A stretch of DNA of 64,000 bases from Octopus vulgaris (lineage: Eukaryota). The notes under the pieces were generated by a model. That model was not told the origin of the DNA. It searched no databases and saw only the letters and a program-made list of their open reading frames with translations. The stretch covers positions 51,274,001 through 51,338,000 of the forward strand of contig OX597830.1 of the NCBI GenBank assembly GCA_951406725.2. The letters are read 5' to 3'. A program made the translations under genes and the position numbers. Of the stretch, positions 56,201 through 64,000 are shown in pieces (the stretch's first letter is position 1; each line of letters opens with the position of its first letter).

Positions 56201-56750
56201 GTGGAGGCGCAATGGCCCAGTGGTTAGGACAGCGGACTCGCGGTCGTAGGATCGCGGTTTCGACTTTTTCTGAGTGTTTATTGAGCGAAAACACCTAAAG
56301 CTCCACGAGGCTCCGGCAGGGGGTGGTGGCCATCCCTGCTGTACTCTTTCGCCACAACTTTCTCTCATTCTATCTTCCAGTTTCTGTTGTACCTGTATTT
56401 CAAAGGGCCAGCCTTGTCACACTCTGTGTCACGCTGAATCTCATCGACCCGAAAGGATGAAAGGCAAAGTCGATCTCGGCGGAATTTGAACTTAGAACGT
56501 AGCGACGGGTGAAATACCTATTTCTTTATTACCCACAAGGGGCTAAACATACAGGGGACAATCAAGGACAGACAAACGGATTAAGTCGATCATATCGACC
56601 CCAGTACGTAACTGGTACTTATTTAATCGACCCCGAAAGGATGAAAGGCAAAGTCGACCTCGGCGGAATTTGAACTCAGAATGTAACGGCAGACGAAATA
56701 CCGCTAAGCATTTTGCCCGTCGTGCTAACGTTTCTGCCAGCTCACCGCCT
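56201..56750. mobile_element. SINE cluster: family C (+, 56201-56440) abutting two family B pieces (-, 56445-56750)
   Basis: Direct matches to other copies in the window. Confidence 0.85.
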
Positions 56751-57426
56751 TGTTTAGAGACAATAATATGATAAAGCAATGAAGACTGACCATTTCTGTA
56801 CTTACCTACAGTCTAGTTGAAGCTTTTAAATTACCCCTTGCCTTTCACGACAAAACATCTGACTCCATTCTACCCCTTCACCCTTTATTTTATTTTTCAT
56901 TCTGTTTTGCGTCTCCCTCGACATCCTTCGGGGCAATGCCTTTTCCAGTTTGCCTGCCGGGACCATGGGGCAGGCTGACATGCCCTTTTAGTTATAGCTG
57001 TTGTATCTCTTGAGATTCCAAATAGAAAAAGAAATAGCCTAATACTTAATATTTTAATTTTTATTCTCGTACTTTATATTTCTGTAGCTGATGCCTCAAC
57101 ATTACATACCATTTTTCGAATGGTGCTCGCTTCACCCACAAGAAGTAGCAAAACTTATTACCCTTTATCAGAGTACAAATAAACACGTAAACAAAAGACG
57201 CTCAATGCAATAAAGCTCTTTGATTGCAAGGTTATAGGTCTGCACGAACAGTCAACACTCGATAAATACCATTCTCTTCCATCCCCTCTCTCTCTCTCAC
57301 TTTCTCTCTCTCCCTTTCTCTCTCTCTTTTCTCTCTCTTGTATCATCTATATAACTATCTATCTATCCATCTATTGTCTATACGCATACATAGATACATT
57401 TACATAAACACACACACATGTATATA

Positions 57427-57571
<145 letters not shown>

Positions 57572-57644
57572 CTGTATGTATGTGTTTATGTATGTATGTA
57601 TGTATGCATGTATGTATGTATGTATGTATGTATGTATGTATGTG

Positions 57645-57990
57645 GGTGTGTGGTAAGTAGCTTGCTTACCACATAGTTCCGGGTTCAGTCCCACTGCGTG
57701 GCACCTTCGGCAAGCGTCTTCTGCTATACAAAGAAGCCCGTCGTATATATGTATATGTATATAGATGTGGGGGTGTGTTTGTGTATCTGTGTTTGTCCCT
57801 CCCCCAATCATTGCTTGACAACCGATGCTGGTGTGCTTACGTCCCCGTAACTTAGCGTTTCGGTAAAAGAGACCGATACAATAAGTACTAGGCTTACAAA
57901 GAATAAGTCCTGGTGTCGATTTGCTCGACTAAAAGCGGTGCTCCAGCATGGCCGCAGTCAAATGACTGAAGCAAGTAAAAGAGCAAATGA
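57645..57990 (+). mobile_element. SINE family A (internal deletion)
   Basis: Head, partial core and tail present. Confidence 0.85.
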
Positions 57991-58154
57991 GAGTATGTAT
58001 GTACGTATGTATGTATGTATGTATGTATGTATGTATGTATGTATGTATGTATTATGTATGTGTGTATTATGTGTGCGTGCATATGTGTGTACATGTGTGT
58101 ATGTGTATCTATCTATATATATGAATGCATGTATGCACAGATACATGCACTATT

Positions 58155-58880
58155 CAGGAAGGAACCCTGGAGTATTTACCAGGGAAAATTGTCATTGCTA
58201 CTGCGTGCCGTAGCTGACATCTTGCCAATCATAAATAACCTTAAAATATGAGTTAAAGAGGAAGATCCATCATGCAAGTAGTACGGAGCAACTCTTTGCA
58301 CGCTGAACCACATTTCGCTCGGATATCCTGAGTCTGACACAAGTTTAGGCATGACAAATGCCTTATCGAAATCGCCAAATGCACAGACCTGTAGAAAGTC
58401 AGGTCAACAAACAACAGTTATCACCACCTGGTGGGTATCATATTCCTAGAAGAAGGTGACAAAGTTCCAAAGACGAAACCAATCCTGGGTAAGCAAATAT
58501 CTACTTTGCTTCGAGCTTCGGGTTGGGAAACGTAAGCAGAAATGAAAGGCAGACTCGTCTCTCCTGAGGAAACAGCGATAATATCGTTCCGGCTAAACAT
58601 GTTTCTGCTCTCCAGAAGTGCAAAACCAATCGTCATACTTGAACCTACATTACTCTAGATGGACATACCCGACAATTCTCACTTGCTAAAGGAAACCAGA
58701 CACATGTCAAGGATGGCTCGCGGAGCTCATTCTCAATCGAATTCTAGCCATTTCGATGCGCTATTTCCCGCAGAAGATTGGTCTGGAATCCAAACAAATG
58801 AAGAAAGTCACCTAGGAGATAGACATGGCACATGTAACCAGCTCAAGGTGGCTGTGGTTCGCAAGAGACTGCATGAGGAA
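58155..58880 (+). pseudogene. Decayed HERO-clade non-LTR retrotransposon (CCHC plus RLE endonuclease)
   Basis: Hand translation: LSLLLRAVADILP..NLKI*VKEEDPSCK*..TLNHI, RHDKCLIEIA, IFLEEG, LLRASGW, IVILEPT, CQGW, SSRWLW. Confidence 0.75.
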
Positions 58881-59125
58881 CCCTCTGCTGTTGAAAACTA
58901 ATTCAGTCCTTGCTACCCTACTCAGGCGATGCGCACAGGCCAAGGAGCAAAACACGTGCGACCCTGAGATACGTGCTGTTGATATGGAGGGATTTTCAAT
59001 GTTTGCCTCCATTTAAAAGAAACACACACATATATATATATATATGAGTGTATTGTTGTTCTGACCGAGATTTACTGAAAAACATAGCCATAAACACTCT
59101 TTTTCCTTCTTTTACTTTACCTCCT

Positions 59126-59245
59126 CCTTCTTCTTCTTCTTCTTCTTCTTCTTCTTCTTCTTCTTCTTCTTCTTCTTCTTCTTCTTCTTCTTCTTCTTCT
59201 TCTTCTTCTTCTTCTTCTTCAAGACTACAACAACAACAACAACAG

Positions 59246-59302
<57 letters not shown>

Positions 59303-59610
59303 TTGCTGCTGCTGCTGCTACTACTACTACTACCACCATCACCAACACTTCTTCAGCACCACTGCTGTTAACTTTCCTTCAGCGTTAATACTACTAACAC
59401 CACCACCACCACCACCACTACTACTACTACCACTACTAAACTTCTTCAACATTACTACTACTACTACTACTAAACTTCTTCAACATTACTACTACTACTA
59501 CTACTACTATTACTACTACTACTACTACTACCACTACCACTACTACAACTACTACTACCACTACTACTACTACTACTTCTTCTTCTTCGTCTTCTTCTTC
59601 GTCTTCTTCC
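59126..59610. repeat. Compound (TTC)n/(CAA)n/(CTA)n microsatellites
   Basis: Trinucleotide runs. Confidence 0.95.
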
Positions 59611-60090
59611 AAACGCATTGTATCGAAAATGATCCCTCCCCAATTCTGACACCATTTTACGATCTGTTTTATGACAATTTTCTAGCATGACATGTGCTCA
59701 TTACGCTACCGTATTTCTAACTTTGCCTTTGTCATATATAAAAACCTACAAAGATTCTCTAAAATATTTTCAATTTTATATATTTTTTTTTTATTGCGTT
59801 TACTCCTTCCGTTCCTTTGGACATATTTTCGCATAGAAAAATAAATAACCTATGACAGCTGAGGCATTTCTTTAAATAAGAAATACTTCCATAAATGGTC
59901 ATTATCATAGGCATGTCAAATAGAACGTGACATGAACTAACCCCAGGCAAGAGAAGCAAGCGGCAAACATTAAAAGCTAATTATTTTTATGAAATTAAAT
60001 ATACTCGAGAAAGTCCATACAAATTGTGACGCCTACGCTAACAATATCTAACAACATAAATATATATATATATATATATTCTAAATATGT

Positions 60091-60128
<38 letters not shown>

Positions 60129-60133
60129 TCTAA

Positions 60134-60203
<70 letters not shown>

Positions 60204-60391
60204 CCAAAAAGTTAGAAGTTGTGATTCGAACCAACCAAGGGATAATATCTATCCAATAAACTGCTGGTAGAATACACAATTATTAATACACAAGTGTTTT
60301 TTATTGCATTACAATTACATTACCGAGTATACTAAATAAGTTGACATAATATAATGTCTAAAAGTTGATGAACCACCTATTGATTCTCTCC

Positions 60392-60432
<41 letters not shown>

Positions 60433-60609
60433 ATGAATATGTATATATATATATGTATGTATGTATATATATATATAAATATATAGATACATACATACAT
60501 ACATAAAAACATACATACATGCATATGTATATATATATACATATATATTCATTTGTTTGAATGTGTATATATTTATGTAGGTATTATCTATGTGTATGCG
60601 TATGTTTGC

Positions 60610-60667
<58 letters not shown>

Positions 60668-61260
60668 CGTCACGATCAACTAGAGATAATTTTTATATAC
60701 TTTTAATTGTGAATTATATATATATAAAAAAAGCTACCATCCGTGAATTCGAAGACGTTGAGTTGTATCATTGAAGGAAAAAAAGAAGAGAAAGTGTGAT
60801 AGCGTTATCTTTTGTATGTTAAACAAGATATACGTGTCAACAAAAGTATGCATGACAGTAATAAATGTATGTTTGCGTATATAAACATAAAGATACGTGT
60901 ATACATATGGGTGTTTTCGTGTATAAACATGGTTCACCTTAGTTGCCATCTATAGACAGATTAACGGCGATAAAACGGCGACTTTGAAGCCGTTCTTCAT
61001 CTTTACCTTGTAAAAACTAAATGTGATACTCTATTGATGAGCATTCAGTGATTTTTCCAGTTATGTTTGTCATTTTGCCGTGTATATACATATATATATA
61101 TATATTGTTTGGTGAAATAGAAAGATGAATAATCTTGTTGCAGATTAATCAAAAGTTTAACCGATACCTTGGTAGCAAAAATCACAGCAGAAGAAAGCAC
61201 GGTTGGAGGTACAACCATATGGTGTTGCAACCGTGCGTTGGTGCGGATAATTGAATTTTA

Positions 61261-61465
61261 ATATTATTAGTGAATTGAAGAAATGGAGTTGAACGAAGAT
61301 TGAACAGAAATCCTTTTATTGCATTCTACACGTGTTTCGAAAGCCACAATTTACCAAATTCCGATTCAATCGGAATTTGGTAAATTGTGGCTTTCGAAAC
61401 ACGTGTAGAATGCAATAAAAGGATTTCTGTTCAATCTTCGTTCAACTCCTTTTCTTCAATTCACT

Positions 61466-61473
<8 letters not shown>
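61261..61473. repeat. 213-bp near-perfect palindrome
   Basis: 106-bp arms centred on 61367, one mismatch; each arm has GAAAC-ACGT-GTA. Confidence 0.95.
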
Positions 61474-61533
<60 letters not shown>

Positions 61534-61730
61534 GTGTGTGTGTGTGTGTGTATTTTTCAGTTTGTACAAATAACACGGAAAAAATAAATAAATAGTTACC
61601 GGGTAGCAAAAATTCACAAAAGTGCCCAAAATGTTACAGCCTACTTATAAAGGTAGAAAATCCAGGGTTAATTGAAATGTTTTGTATAACATAGTTAAAT
61701 TAAGAAATGAAGTTAAACGCAGGTGTTATT

Positions 61731-61806
<76 letters not shown>

Positions 61807-61896
61807 CATTTGAGGGAATATTAATCCTAACTTACAGGGAAAAATTCAATTTAGAAATATTAAATCAAATTTCACACGATATAATATGTATATATA

Positions 61897-61953
<57 letters not shown>

Positions 61954-62104
61954 TAGACAAAAACCACCTTTTAGTTAATCCAAAATGAACAATTAAATTA
62001 CACCATCTAGAATATTAAATATAATAGAAATATTAAAATTAAAATAACAATAATATACCGATGATTAATTAAATGGCAAAAAAATAATAAAAACGTATAT
62101 AATT

Positions 62105-62152
<48 letters not shown>

Positions 62153-62159
62153 CGCGTGT

Positions 62160-62199
62160 GTGTGTGTGTCTGTGTGTTTATATGTATATATACATACAT

Positions 62200-62247
<48 letters not shown>

Positions 62248-62410
62248 GACGGACTTTTTTCTGTTTTCTTCTACCAAATACCAAAGCCACTCACAAAGCT
62301 TTGGTCATCCCGAAGCCATGCCATAGAAAGAGACACTTGCCCAAGGTGACTTGCAGTGCGACTGAATCCGCAACCTTGACATGCAAGCTTCTTGCCACAG
62401 AGCCATGCAG
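62160..62410 (-). mobile_element. Diverged SINE family A
   Basis: cactcacaaagctttggtc..gacacttgcccaaggtg. Confidence 0.7.
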
Positions 62411-62938
62411 TTATCTTCTTGCTTGTGTCTGTGTACATGCAGCCACACTCGCACGCATGCATTCTCACACAGATTTAACAGTATATTTTTAAAATATTGC
62501 AACTTTGGAACTGAAGAATATGAATGAATGTCGACTATGCTTTAGACTGTGTATATTTAGTAAATGTATTTTACACAGCGTAACTTAAATTTTCACGTCC
62601 ATGGGTAACATTCAGAGATAGGTAACTAGTGGAAAATGTTGCTGTACATTCGATGAATGACCCAGTACCACCTTTCCATCTGACTGTATCGGGTTCTATC
62701 CCTGCTATCCAATCACGTCTATATATAGTTACTAGTTTTGCAAGTAATAGGAGAACGAACGAAACATCTAGCAACAATTTTATTGATATCCAATCCCAGT
62801 TCCCTCTCCACTAAAAATTTGATATAATGTAGACCTAGTGTGTGTGTTGCTGCTGCCGCTACTACTACTACTTGCAAATATGTGAGCAGATATCTCTCAT
62901 GTCCCACAAAGAAACAAACAAGCAGTACATATATACAT

Positions 62939-62982
<44 letters not shown>

Positions 62983-63493
62983 GAAAATAAGTTAAAATGT
63001 ACAATAGCATTAGGGAAATTGTCATTTTTTAAGAGAAATTGAAAAGACAGAATACACATGCAATATTTTCATAAGGCACATTGAATCCTTTTATTATGCA
63101 TATAACCGGTTCCATGCATATGGGTTTGAATTTATCAAATGAAAATAGCTACAGCTATTGGAATACAGAGGGCTGTACAAAGAACTAGTGTTTCAGATTG
63201 CAAGATAGAGAATGAAAATACTTGGTTTCGAAACACACGGATGTTGAATTAGGAACTTAAGTTAGGACTTTAAATAAAGACGGCTTAAGTCATTCCAGAA
63301 ATTTGAATTCCGAAACTTCACTTAATGATTAGGAATGTATCACAGTTTAGAGTACCATATTTAGTAACCATGGCCCTGGGGCACTTGTTGGAATACTTTT
63401 GCCGAAGTTAGAATATTCTTCAAAATCTTCGGTTGTATTTTGTTTTTGCTAATTTCTCTAGAATGTTTCAATTTTTAACTTGCAAGCAGAATA

Positions 63494-63713
63494 TGAGTGG
63501 GTGCTGAAAAGTTCCTGGTTTTAAGGGTATCGTGATAGGTCTGATTGGAGGCTCAACCATCAGACTTCTTTGATAGGGCTTAGAAAAACTGAAAGACCGC
63601 TGCAATAAGTGTGTGAATCCGAGAGAGGAATATGTTGAATAAAATAATAATTAACTGATCCACCTGTATTTTCTTTCACCCAAAGCTAGGAACGTTTCAG
63701 CCCCCCCCCCTTG
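63494..63713 (+). mobile_element. Mariner-derived MITE
   Basis: TIRs gggtgctgaaaagttcctgg / ctaggaacgtttcagcccc, TA flanks, EKLKDRCNKCVNPREEYVE* C-terminus. Confidence 0.8.
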
Positions 63714-64000
63714 TAGATATGTGGTTTTGTATCCAGTTAGATATTTCTTTATTTCAAGGGTTAAAAGAAGAGACATAGAGTAAAACATTTTGGGGAAATT
63801 TTGGAAACTACTTATATAGTCAAATTCTTTAAGTGTCAATTATTTGCGGTATTTATTCAGTGCATCTATGGGCTTTCCCATTGTCTTTCAATGTTTATAG
63901 TTGTCTATCTTTTTCATTATAGTTATTATTTTCTAACATTTCGAGTACAGCTCTTTGTAATATTATAGATCTGTGATAACACCAAAATTACATTTATTGG

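Overview
AT-rich, repeat-saturated animal DNA (intronic or intergenic), most likely from a coleoid cephalopod (Octopus-like SINE families; host identity is inferred). I found no supportable host protein-coding gene. Most ORFs in the track are microsatellite artefacts such as YIYI, VCVC and LSIY. The window is a mosaic of microsatellites, three main tRNA-derived SINE families plus a SINE-like repeat, LINE remnants (RTE, CR1-like, Dong/R4, HERO), five Penelope-like (PLE) remnants, Tc1/mariner fragments and MITEs, a hAT MITE, two Helitrons and a long-TIR MITE. The most striking signal is about 10 minimal type-I hammerhead-ribozyme (HHR) motifs from several unrelated sequence families, folded here by eye. 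Each lies roughly 50-250 nt upstream, in its own orientation, of a (TA)n tract. Several have non-canonical cores, including a recurrent A6U family, and three are attached to recognisable PLE coding remnants. This suggests a diverse population of (TA)n-targeting, ribozyme-tailed PLEs or retrozyme-like elements. A 213-bp near-perfect palindrome appears to be built from such a tail.
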